Virus record (IMG/VR): IMGVR_UViG_3300042431_000063
Coordinates: 1 to 32,358 of that record
Direction: 5' to 3' (one strand)
DNA: 32,358 bases
Origin: a virus
Taxonomy: Duplodnaviria; Caudoviricetes
Part shown: positions 24,823 to 32,358 of the stretch, in pieces
Layout: every line of letters starts with the position of its first letter
Numbering within the stretch: the first letter of the stretch is position 1
Translations under genes and position numbers: made by a program
The notes under the pieces: model-generated
Told to the model about the DNA's origin: nothing
Database searches by the model: none
The model's input: the letters and a program-made list of their open reading frames with translations, nothing else

Positions 24823-25416
24823 TTAAGCCGCAGAAACCTGCTGGAGGATCGGGCCATTCAGCTTCACGACCAGCACCGGGAACGGATCGCCCCAGTTATT
24901 GTCGGGAATGTTGGCCAGACCCACAAGCTTCACCGCCGTATTGATGGCGGAGGTGCGGGTAGACGCCTGAAGCGCGTAACGCGAGACACCGTACACGGAG
25001 TCCACATCACCGCCAGCGGCAGTCACGTTGAAGTTAAGACCCAGATCGCCCGCCGTCACCGAGGCATTCGCCTGGATCAGGAACGTCGCAAACGGGTTGT
25101 CAATGACAAAGGCCGTCGGGCGGTCGGAACCGTCGTACAGGCCAGCCGAAGACGTATCCGCCGGGATCGAGTTGCGAAGCTGCGGCTGCTTCGTGGTCGG
25201 GTCGATCCACGCAAAGCCGGCAGCAACGCCCAGCAGGGGGCCGTCACCGCTGGCGCCAGCCGAAGTAATCACGCCGCCCGACAGCTTGACCGGAGAGCCC
25301 TTACCGAGGTCAGGGCAGGCCGAGCCGTTGGGAAGCGGATAAGCGCGGACTTCGTTACCATGCGTGCCAAGGGCAGCCACGGCGCGGAGTCCGAAGGGTG
25401 CGAAAGAAGCGGGCAC
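24823..25416 (-). CDS. putative capsid decoration / cement protein (197 aa)
   Basis: AAGGAGG RBS before GTG; APFGLR N-terminus; immediately upstream of the MCP. Confidence 0.6.
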   Translation of the reverse strand: MPASFAPFGLRAVAALGTHGNEVRAYPLPNGSACPDLGKGSPVKLSGGVITSAGASGDGPLLGVAAGFAWIDPTTKQPQLRNSIPADTSSAGLYDGSDRPTAFVIDNPFATFLIQANASVTAGDLGLNFNVTAAGGDVDSVYGVSRYALQASTRTSAINTAVKLVGLANIPDNNWGDPFPVLVVKLNGPILQQVSAA

Positions 25417-25434
25417 CTTATCCTCCTTTGTATG

Positions 25435-25923
25435 TTATCCGAATGAGGGACGTCGCCCTCGGGAAAAGCGTTTGGAACCTTCATTGGCAAAACGCTGCGC
25501 TCGGCCCGTGCTGTCTTCGTAGCTCACCGTCTTCATATCGAAAGCCTGCTCCGCTTGAATGGCCCGGTCCTCGGCCCACTTTTGGATGGCTTCCGCCTTA
25601 CGTCGCGGCAACTTCGCCAGAACAAGGTCGCCATTGATAGCGGCGCCTGCCAGTGCAGAAATCTTGCTTTCGAGACCGGGGAAAACGTAACCGGCGGGAA
25701 CTTCTTCCAGCGGCACGAATGCCCACCCTTCTCGCATGCGCTGAGAAATGTTGTTGAAATCGTCCTGATCCCCATTTCGAAACCGGACCCATCGGTAAGC
25801 GTACTGGTCCACATCGGGCATGGGAGGGATTTCTAGCGCATTTGGAGGATTATACTCCATGTCAAGGGAATTTTCAAGAGGCTCATCGAGCGAGTTGTCG
25901 GAAGCCATGCTCTTGCGGGGCAT
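25435..25923 (-). CDS. conserved head-module hypothetical protein (162 aa)
   Basis: [27 protein letters not shown]; lies between scaffold and capsid genes. Confidence 0.7.
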   Translation of the reverse strand: MPRKSMASDNSLDEPLENSLDMEYNPPNALEIPPMPDVDQYAYRWVRFRNGDQDDFNNISQRMREGWAFVPLEEVPAGYVFPGLESKISALAGAAINGDLVLAKLPRRKAEAIQKWAEDRAIQAEQAFDMKTVSYEDSTGRAQRFANEGSKRFSRGRRPSFG

Positions 25924-26927
25924 TACACAATCTCCGTATATTGGCTGGTAGTCTGGGCAGCACGTTCGGCACGGGCCTTTTCGCGTGCGTAGTCTTCAAC
26001 GCTGATGCCAAGGTGGTTGGCCATCTCGCGATCCGACTGGGTAATGGTGACGCGGACCTTGCCGGGAGTAGCAGCGGGCGTCGCCCGGTTCTGGATGGTG
26101 GGGTTGCTGGAAGCGGGGCGAGCAGCAGTGCGGCCACCCAGCTTGGTCGGGAACTCGGACTTGAGGCGCTTGTCCAGTTCGTCGAAGTAGTCGGGGTCGT
26201 CGGGCTGATAGCCGTCCGCAACCATCTGCTGGTCAATGACACGGGCACCGGCCGTCATGACGGGGTCCTTATTGAACCAAGTCTTGTTGCGCTCATACCA
26301 CTCGGTAGCGGCGGGAGAGGGCGCCTTGCGGGCAGGCTGACTAGGCTGTGTCTGCCGGGTCTGCTGCGGGGTGTCCGACCCAGATTGCTGAGTCGGCTTC
26401 GTAGGGATCGAGCGCCGGTCCCTTTCGATCTGCTGCTTTTCGGCGGCAAGGGTAGCCATCTTCTGCTGAACTTCGAAGATCTTCTCACGGTCACCCGCGT
26501 CGAAGGCCTGGTCAAAGTCCCGTCGAAGCGCCTGCATAGAGGCGTCGATGCTCTTAGCGTAGAAGTCGAAGCCGATGGCCGCGCCGTCGTTGGCATCTTG
26601 CTCGAACTTCTTGGCCCGTTCTTCAGCTTGGGCAAGACGGGCTTGCGCTTCGTTCAGTTGTCGGGCATAAGCGTCACGTTGGGCCTTGAGCCGCTGGCTC
26701 CGGGTCAGCTTCTTAGTGCGCTCGCTAGGAGTAGCTTCTGTGCTAGAGTCGTCGTCATCGTCGTCAGCCTCCGGTTCGGAAGCGGCCTTTGTGGGGGCTT
26801 CCGCCTCGGGGGCGATTTCGACTTCGTTGGGCTCTAGACCTTCGTGGACGATCTCGATATCGGAGGCTTCCTCCTTAGAGGCTTTGCCCGGATTGTCGAG
26901 GTCGAGTTCCTTGTAACCGTCAGACAT
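25923..26927 (-). CDS. capsid scaffolding protein
   Basis: Acidic N-terminus, long coiled coil, [20 protein letters not shown]-terminal [14 protein letters not shown]; located between portal and MCP. Confidence 0.7.
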   Translation of the reverse strand: MSDGYKELDLDNPGKASKEEASDIEIVHEGLEPNEVEIAPEAEAPTKAASEPEADDDDDDSSTEATPSERTKKLTRSQRLKAQRDAYARQLNEAQARLAQAEERAKKFEQDANDGAAIGFDFYAKSIDASMQALRRDFDQAFDAGDREKIFEVQQKMATLAAEKQQIERDRRSIPTKPTQQSGSDTPQQTRQTQPSQPARKAPSPAATEWYERNKTWFNKDPVMTAGARVIDQQMVADGYQPDDPDYFDELDKRLKSEFPTKLGGRTAARPASSNPTIQNRATPAATPGKVRVTITQSDREMANHLGISVEDYAREKARAERAAQTTSQYTEIV

Positions 26928-26933
26928 GGGATT

Positions 26934-27350
26934 TTATTCCTTGAAGTTGGCGTCGAGGTATTCGGGCTTATCGACCACCAGTTCGATGGAGGATGCCTTG
27001 ACCAGCAGGAGCTTGACGCCCTTCCACCAAATCTTCTGGCCAGCGAACTTGGCATAGACGATGTAATCACCGGGCTTGACCCACGGCCCCTTCCGGTAGA
27101 TATCTTCGTCCACGAACGCCAGTTCACCGAGAGCAAGGACACGACCCACAGTGTTGAGGTATTCCCGGTCTTCACGGAACGTATCGGGAAGCAGGATTCC
27201 GCCCGCAGACTTGCGCCGAATGGGCACCGGTCGGACAAGAATCCCTACGCCAGGAATCCTAGGCAGCGGGGCCGGGTCAGGAATTTCTTCCTGGGACACC
27301 CACTGGTCGTTGGTAAGCGCCCCGTCAAGAGGCGTGCGCGCGGTAATCAT
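26934..27350 (-). CDS. groES: phage co-chaperonin GroES (Cpn10)
   Basis: ILVRP, mobile loop KSAGGILLPD, GRVLALG, VKPGDYIVYAKFAG. Confidence 0.88.
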   Translation of the reverse strand: MITARTPLDGALTNDQWVSQEEIPDPAPLPRIPGVGILVRPVPIRRKSAGGILLPDTFREDREYLNTVGRVLALGELAFVDEDIYRKGPWVKPGDYIVYAKFAGQKIWWKGVKLLLVKASSIELVVDKPEYLDANFKE

Positions 27351-27541
27351 TAGTCCCTTTCTTCCATTGGGGTTTTCTCGAACAGCGACTTCAACAGTTC
27401 AATGGCTGTGTTGAGGCCGTGAATGGTGCCGCAAGCCCTCGCATAGTCGTCGTAGGACTTGGCGGCACCCCTAGACAGAGAGTCCTTCTCCCTGTCTATT
27501 CTCTTCTGTACTTCTGCTACGTATTCGGATAGTAGTCTCAT
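27350..27541 (-). CDS. small helical hypothetical protein (63 aa)
   Basis: Translationally coupled to portal and groES; LSRGAAKSYDDYARACGTIHGL. Confidence 0.7.
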   Translation of the reverse strand: MRLLSEYVAEVQKRIDREKDSLSRGAAKSYDDYARACGTIHGLNTAIELLKSLFEKTPMEERD

Positions 27542-29895
27542 TGACCTGCGAGGTTAGCCCTCTCTGCCAGTTTCGTAGCTTGAAGATCGGCTAGTTTGGC
27601 AGAACTATCAAGTATTTTTCCAGATGCCGCAATCTGGTTCTTCTTGTTCTTGTCCTCGGCATCCAGCAACATGCCAGCTTCCTTCAGGTCCAGTTCGCGA
27701 TTCTTGAGGGCGATCTTGGCAGCCTCGCGAACATCCTGCGACTGGATACGGGCCGCCGAAAGCTGAAGCTCCTGTGCATTCAGTTGGATCATCTGCTGCT
27801 CGGCGCTCGGACCCTGCTCACCGCCCATGCCCGACTGTGCCGAGATCATCAGCAGTTGGGTGGCGATCTGCGCCTGGACGTTCTCGTCTTGGATGGGCAT
27901 GCCCATCTGCTGGGCGAGAAGGGCCGCTTGTGCCACGAACATAAGAACCTTATGCTCCGAGATATTCGACGTCAGCAACTGCATGCCAACGGCGACAGTC
28001 GGATCATTGGTGCCCTGCATCTGCGGCGACTTGAGGAAGGCTTCCTTGACTGCGATGTGCGCCATGTGGTTCTGGCCAAGTTGGGCCTTGATTGGCTTCC
28101 CGCCCATAGCCACTTGGATTTCGGTCAGCGGGTCGGCACTGACAGCATTGGCCATCGGATCGACCAGCAGCTTGTCAATGTTCTCGGTGCCCATCGCATA
28201 GTAGAAGCGGCGCAGCGCCTCCTTCATGTCGTGGAGTTGAGGGAAGCGGGCCGCCATTTCCAGTTCGACCTGGGCACGGGCGACACGTTGCGACTCCGTC
28301 ATAGCATTGGGGTCGGAGGCCGGAAGTACGTCCACGACAGCGGGGTCGAAGTCCGTGCGCTGAACGAACTGGTTCTCCGAGTTGACGACGTAGTTGACAA
28401 CGTCGGGCAGGTTCTCGAAGTTCAGTTCGCCCAGCAGCTTGAGGAACTCGCCCTGCGACTGGTGCAGGCGCTTGTGGATAGACGAGTAGAAACGTTGCGA
28501 GGTTTCGAGGAGGGCCAGCGTGGTGGCGACCGGGCCGTAGTTGGAGGCACCGGCCACTACTTCGTCAGCGGCGTCAGCAAACTTTTGGCCGCTATCCACC
28601 ATGAACTTGAGCAGGGTGAAGAGGGTCTGCGACGGTTCCTTAGCAGGCAGCGGGAAGAACGCACTCTTCAGTTCCTCGGGCGCCAAGTTGACGTCGCGCC
28701 ACTCACCAAAGCCGAGAGGGGTATCGCTGTCGGAGAACTTGGCATCTTGGGACTTGAAGCCCGCCTGCCAGTTGGCGTACTGACCGGAATCCACCAGCGC
28801 ACGAAGCGCCACCGTCGAAGCCGCCGCAAGGTCGCCAATCAGGTGAACGTAGCCAAGGGAGTAGAAGCCGAAGGCAGGGATGCAGTGATCGACCGTGTAC
28901 CACAGGCGCTTCTGCATGGCTTCGTCGGCTTCACGCCAGTTGCGCTTGATCGAGTAGACCTTGCCCGTCTTGACGTTGAAGTGGACGATGTAGGGCGCCA
29001 TGCCGCCGTCGGGCAGCAGGGGATCGACGCCTTCGAGGTCGAGGTAGCAGTGGGCTTCACCGACCATATAGCCCTTGCGTTCGAGCGACAGGTCGAAGCC
29101 TTGGGCGCGGGCAATGGCCTCGGTGATTTCGTTGGTGTCGAGGGTTTCTTCGGAGTCGTTCTCGTCGGGCTTGAGGAAGGTGCCGCTGTCTACGAGGTTC
29201 CGCATCTTGCGCGGCGACAGTTCCATGACCTCGATGTACTCGTCGGCATCCTTGAGATGGGTAGCCGCCGGGTCGATGTAGAAGTTTTCGGCGTAGACGA
29301 CGGTCGGGTCAGGCGTGCTGGTCTGCGTGTTCCAACCGGCCTTGCGGATGCCGACGCCCATGAAGCCGACGCGGAACAGGTTGCGTTCGAGGTCCGAATA
29401 GAAGCCTGCGATCTGATCGACAAGCTGGTGGTTCATGTAGGACTTGACGCGGGCGGCAGCCTGTTCGCGGGCCGGGTCGGTATAGCCAAGGATGCGGGTA
29501 CGGACGGGGCCGCGCGCAGGCCACAACTCTTGGATGGCCTTGGCTTGGAACTTGACCACGTTCTCGATGAGGAGCGGGTGAACGGCGGTGCAGGCCCCGT
29601 CGACTTCGGTGTTGCCCTCGCCTTCCGTGTTGAGGCCAAGCCACTGGATGCCCTTCTTGATCTTCTCTTCCCACTGCTGGCGGGAGTTCTTGAAGGACGT
29701 AAGTACGTCTTGACGGTCGGAGCCAATGTCGTCTACGACGGCGCTGTCTAGGAAGGGGACGAGGTTGGCATCGAATGACATATCGACCTCGATGACTTCG
29801 GCGTCTGGAATGAGCAGGAGGGATTCCTCCGAGAACTCGAACTCGATCTCGGGCGCTTCGTTGTCGTCGGACGGGAGGATCGGATTATCGGACAT
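27538..29895 (-). CDS. portal protein (P22-like, long C-terminal helical barrel)
   Basis: 785 aa directly after TerL; HPLLIENVVKFQAKAIQELWPARGPVRT, GFYSLGYVHLIG, LVDSG, PVATTLALLE; Gln-rich coiled-coil tail. Confidence 0.88.
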   Translation of the reverse strand: MSDNPILPSDDNEAPEIEFEFSEESLLLIPDAEVIEVDMSFDANLVPFLDSAVVDDIGSDRQDVLTSFKNSRQQWEEKIKKGIQWLGLNTEGEGNTEVDGACTAVHPLLIENVVKFQAKAIQELWPARGPVRTRILGYTDPAREQAAARVKSYMNHQLVDQIAGFYSDLERNLFRVGFMGVGIRKAGWNTQTSTPDPTVVYAENFYIDPAATHLKDADEYIEVMELSPRKMRNLVDSGTFLKPDENDSEETLDTNEITEAIARAQGFDLSLERKGYMVGEAHCYLDLEGVDPLLPDGGMAPYIVHFNVKTGKVYSIKRNWREADEAMQKRLWYTVDHCIPAFGFYSLGYVHLIGDLAAASTVALRALVDSGQYANWQAGFKSQDAKFSDSDTPLGFGEWRDVNLAPEELKSAFFPLPAKEPSQTLFTLLKFMVDSGQKFADAADEVVAGASNYGPVATTLALLETSQRFYSSIHKRLHQSQGEFLKLLGELNFENLPDVVNYVVNSENQFVQRTDFDPAVVDVLPASDPNAMTESQRVARAQVELEMAARFPQLHDMKEALRRFYYAMGTENIDKLLVDPMANAVSADPLTEIQVAMGGKPIKAQLGQNHMAHIAVKEAFLKSPQMQGTNDPTVAVGMQLLTSNISEHKVLMFVAQAALLAQQMGMPIQDENVQAQIATQLLMISAQSGMGGEQGPSAEQQMIQLNAQELQLSAARIQSQDVREAAKIALKNRELDLKEAGMLLDAEDKNKKNQIAASGKILDSSAKLADLQATKLAERANLAGQ

Positions 29896-31432
29896 GGCTC
29901 ACTTGGCTCCAATAGCTACGGAATGGGCGCCGCTTAGAAGGTCCTTCGGGGCGGCTGACAGTTTCTTGTGTCAGTTCATAGCGGCGACGCAAGTAAAGAA
30001 GGGCCATGACCATTGCGTCGACCGAGTCGTCATGGGCGCCCTTCGGGAACTCCAATGCCTCTTGCAGCAGTTCGGCGGCGTACTTCTTCTTGAGAGGTAT
30101 CCACACGCGCTGCCGCTCGATAATGCCAGTTACAGCATGAGCGCGGGCTAGCTTATCACGATCAGGCTGGAAAGGCAATACCGGCAGCTTGTTTAGCTTG
30201 AGGTCCTGAATGAGGGACTGGCCGGAAGCCTTGTTCTCGATTACCATTTTGTCTGGCCTGAATACCTCATATTGCTCTTTGGCAATGTTACGGAGCTGGG
30301 GAAAGGTCCACCGGCCCCTCACCTGGTTCAGGAGGATGGCATTGGGCTCTTGATATTCGAAGCCCTTGTCGTCCGTGTAGGTAAGGTGGAAGATGCCCCA
30401 AGTCTGGATGACGGAGTAGTCGGCCGTGGCCTTAGTAGAGAAAGCGGTGTCGAGGGTCTGAATGATCTCGTCGCACTCGGGCGGATCTTCTTCGTCCCAG
30501 TCTTGGAAGTCGTCCTTTGTGAAGACGTTGCCGTCGTCCCCGACCGGAGTCTGCATGTAGAGGGCGCCCCAGTCGGAGCGGGCCAGACTCTCACGGGTCG
30601 TGGTCAGATCGTCCATCGTAATGTATTCGGGCCAGTAGGACGCGCCCTCTTCAAGCATAAGGTAGTCGGCAGCGGGCTTGTCGAGAATGGCCGGAATGGA
30701 GATGACTTCCCACTGGTCGACCTTGCCGTTGCGGGCGGCCTTGTCGAGGAGGAAGCCTGAAAGGTCCTTGACATGCCAGCGGGTGTTGACGAGGATGATC
30801 CGGGAGTCGGGCAACTTACGGGAGCGAAAGCCTGGGCCATACCAGTTGTTGACCCGCTCGCGCTCGGTGTCGGACTTGGCGGTCTGTTCCGAGAGGGGGT
30901 CATCGAGGATGCCCAAGTTGAAGCGGTAACCGGCGATGGACTTGCCTGCGCCTGCCGGGAGGAAGGAGCCGCCAGCAGTTAGTTTCCAGCCGGTGACACC
31001 CGACATGTCGTCGCGGATCTGGACGCCCGGAAAGATTTCGAGGTATTCAGTGGAACGGACTAGGTCGCGGATACGGCCCGAACATTCAACCGCTTTGTCC
31101 GTGGTATGTGAGATCCACATGATGCGCCAAGTCGGGTTGCGGCCGAAGGACCACGCGGCGAACAGCATGAGGAGGACGGACTTCATGGAGCCCGGCGGCA
31201 ACGCCAACATGAGGCGAGGGATGGAACCTTCCTCAACGTCGGCCAGCGTGGCGGCGATGGCTTGGATGTGGCGTCCGTCGCGGTAGTCGGACCCGTCGAG
31301 CATAAGGTGAGCTAACAGCTTCACGAAGACGTAGAAGTCGTCACGCGCTTCGATGATGGCCTTCTGGTGAAGGGCATCCGCCAACTCCGCTTTGAGTTGT
31401 AGAAGGGTATCAGCCTTTTCAACTGACGTCAT
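29885..31432 (-). CDS. terL: terminase large subunit
   Basis: Walker A variant LPPGSMKS, Walker B GILDDP, VNTRWH, nuclease motifs LDTAF, IENKASG, FPKGAHDDSVDA. Confidence 0.95.
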   Translation of the reverse strand: MTSVEKADTLLQLKAELADALHQKAIIEARDDFYVFVKLLAHLMLDGSDYRDGRHIQAIAATLADVEEGSIPRLMLALPPGSMKSVLLMLFAAWSFGRNPTWRIMWISHTTDKAVECSGRIRDLVRSTEYLEIFPGVQIRDDMSGVTGWKLTAGGSFLPAGAGKSIAGYRFNLGILDDPLSEQTAKSDTERERVNNWYGPGFRSRKLPDSRIILVNTRWHVKDLSGFLLDKAARNGKVDQWEVISIPAILDKPAADYLMLEEGASYWPEYITMDDLTTTRESLARSDWGALYMQTPVGDDGNVFTKDDFQDWDEEDPPECDEIIQTLDTAFSTKATADYSVIQTWGIFHLTYTDDKGFEYQEPNAILLNQVRGRWTFPQLRNIAKEQYEVFRPDKMVIENKASGQSLIQDLKLNKLPVLPFQPDRDKLARAHAVTGIIERQRVWIPLKKKYAAELLQEALEFPKGAHDDSVDAMVMALLYLRRRYELTQETVSRPEGPSKRRPFRSYWSQVSHVR

Positions 31433-32003
31433 AGGTATTCTTTTTGCGTTGATTGTCGGCGGCAGGAATTATTTGCAGATTACAGGGGACATGTAAGCCG
31501 CACACAAAATCATGTTTGAGGGGGATTATGTGATCTACCTGATGCGGTATGCCGGTCTCAGCCGACACTTCCCTTGCCCGCGTGTAAAGGTCTTTTAGCT
31601 TTTGACGATCCACCCATGTTGGTGCCGCCCGAAGTTGGGCCGCTCGGCGGGCAGAACAGTGGGCGTTTATTAAACCGGGGTTGCGCTTTCGATACCGTTG
31701 AGTTGCACTATTTGCGGATTCGGGATTGTTTTTTCGGTATTCGCGAGCAGCTTCACACCGGGCTTCGCGATTCTGACTGTCGTACTTCGCTGTGTACCGC
31801 TGTAACTTGTCCGGGTTTTTGCGATCCCATCTAGACTGATTGTCGCGCGCACAAATAACGCACGCCTTGCTAGACACAAAGCGCGGAGCCAAATGCCCCC
31901 GAACACAAGGGATGCCTGTATAGAACCTAGACAACCCTTGTGCCCTGGCTTCAGCCTGTGAAATACTAGTCGCAGGCTCAGTTGATGCGGAGACGCGCTT
32001 CAA
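31419..32003 (-). CDS. HNH endonuclease between terS and terL (start uncertain)
   Basis: FYTGIPCVRGH...CVIC zinc finger; HQVDHIIPL...VCGLHVPCNLQIIPAADNQRKKN; no in-frame ATG, TTG 32003 is the most plausible start (frame open to 32189). Confidence 0.85.
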   Translation of the reverse strand: MKRVSASTEPATSISQAEARAQGLSRFYTGIPCVRGHLAPRFVSSKACVICARDNQSRWDRKNPDKLQRYTAKYDSQNREARCEAAREYRKNNPESANSATQRYRKRNPGLINAHCSARRAAQLRAAPTWVDRQKLKDLYTRAREVSAETGIPHQVDHIIPLKHDFVCGLHVPCNLQIIPAADNQRKKNTYDVS

Positions 32004-32358
32004 TGTCGGGCTCGACTTCCTTAAGGACGCGCGAGAGTTCAGCAATACGCGTATCCAGTTCTTCCTTAGAATGGACGACGCGGTGCGTAACTTCCCTGCG
32101 TTCCGTAAACATCTGAAGATATTTAGCAAGGTTTTCCATGGCACGGTTGGCGTTAGTAAAGTCGCCAGTCTGCATAGCGGCAGTAGCAATATCGTTGAAC
32201 CACTTTACCACATCCTCTACATTTATTTTCATGCGGGCCTTCTCCTCAATTTCGAACGCAGTTACTAGGTCGTGGAAGTGTGGAATGGCTAGGTTTCGGT
32301 TGGCGATACGAAGCAGGATATTGTAGTTGCCGCTGTCGTAGCCGGCGAGCCGGGCCGC
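31978..32358 (-). CDS. terS: terminase small subunit (5' end outside the window)
   Basis: The frame of the 84-aa ORF stays open to the window edge, giving AARLAGYDSG... (cf. the TerS AAxxAGY motif), then AMENLAKYLQMF; upstream of terL. Confidence 0.7.
   Translation of the reverse strand, partial: AARLAGYDSGNYNILLRIANRNLAIPHFHDLVTAFEIEEKARMKINVEDVVKWFNDIATAAMQTGDFTNANRAMENLAKYLQMFTERREVTHRVVHSKEELDTRIAELSRVLKEVEPDIEARLRIN

Noticed and set aside
27784-29751. 655-aa plus-strand ORF, and similar long antisense ORFs at 23310-24944, 12966-14174 and 25842-26837
   Set aside because: They mirror well-supported minus-strand genes, have no motifs, and are expected from GC-rich codon bias
29885-31432. 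Intein or intron in terL
   Set aside because: Length (515 aa) and motif spacing are normal; no splicing motifs
1-32358. Stop-codon reassignment
   Set aside because: Known genes are intact in the standard code, and TAA, TAG and TGA all end genes at tight junctions
1-32358. tRNA, rRNA, integrase or IS elements
   Set aside because: Coding density leaves no gap longer than about 60 nt, and no such motifs were seen

Overview
A GC-rich 32-kb segment of a tailed dsDNA phage genome, organised like a podovirus (P22-like portal, no tape measure, tail tube or sheath genes). Two arms converge at 6835-6838. The plus arm (1-6838) carries a PD-(D/E)XK nuclease, dUTPase, a dATP/dGTP diphosphohydrolase-like protein and a metallophosphoesterase. 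After a near-consensus sigma70 promoter it continues with an EndoVII-type nuclease, a holin/GH108 endolysin cassette and a run of small Lys/Arg-rich genes. The minus arm (32358 to 6835) carries TerS (partial), HNH, TerL, portal, GroES, scaffold, capsid genes, adaptors, a tail hub, four probable ejection proteins and a separately promoted two-gene glycosyltransferase/methyltransferase module. The most notable unexplained signal is a [FYM]-x-x-G-G-x-[VI] peptide motif shared between the basic proteins on one arm and two putative ejection proteins on the other. Other highlights are a three-domain glycan-building enzyme and two promoters positioned to make leaderless mRNAs. Family names come from motif recognition and recall, not database searches.
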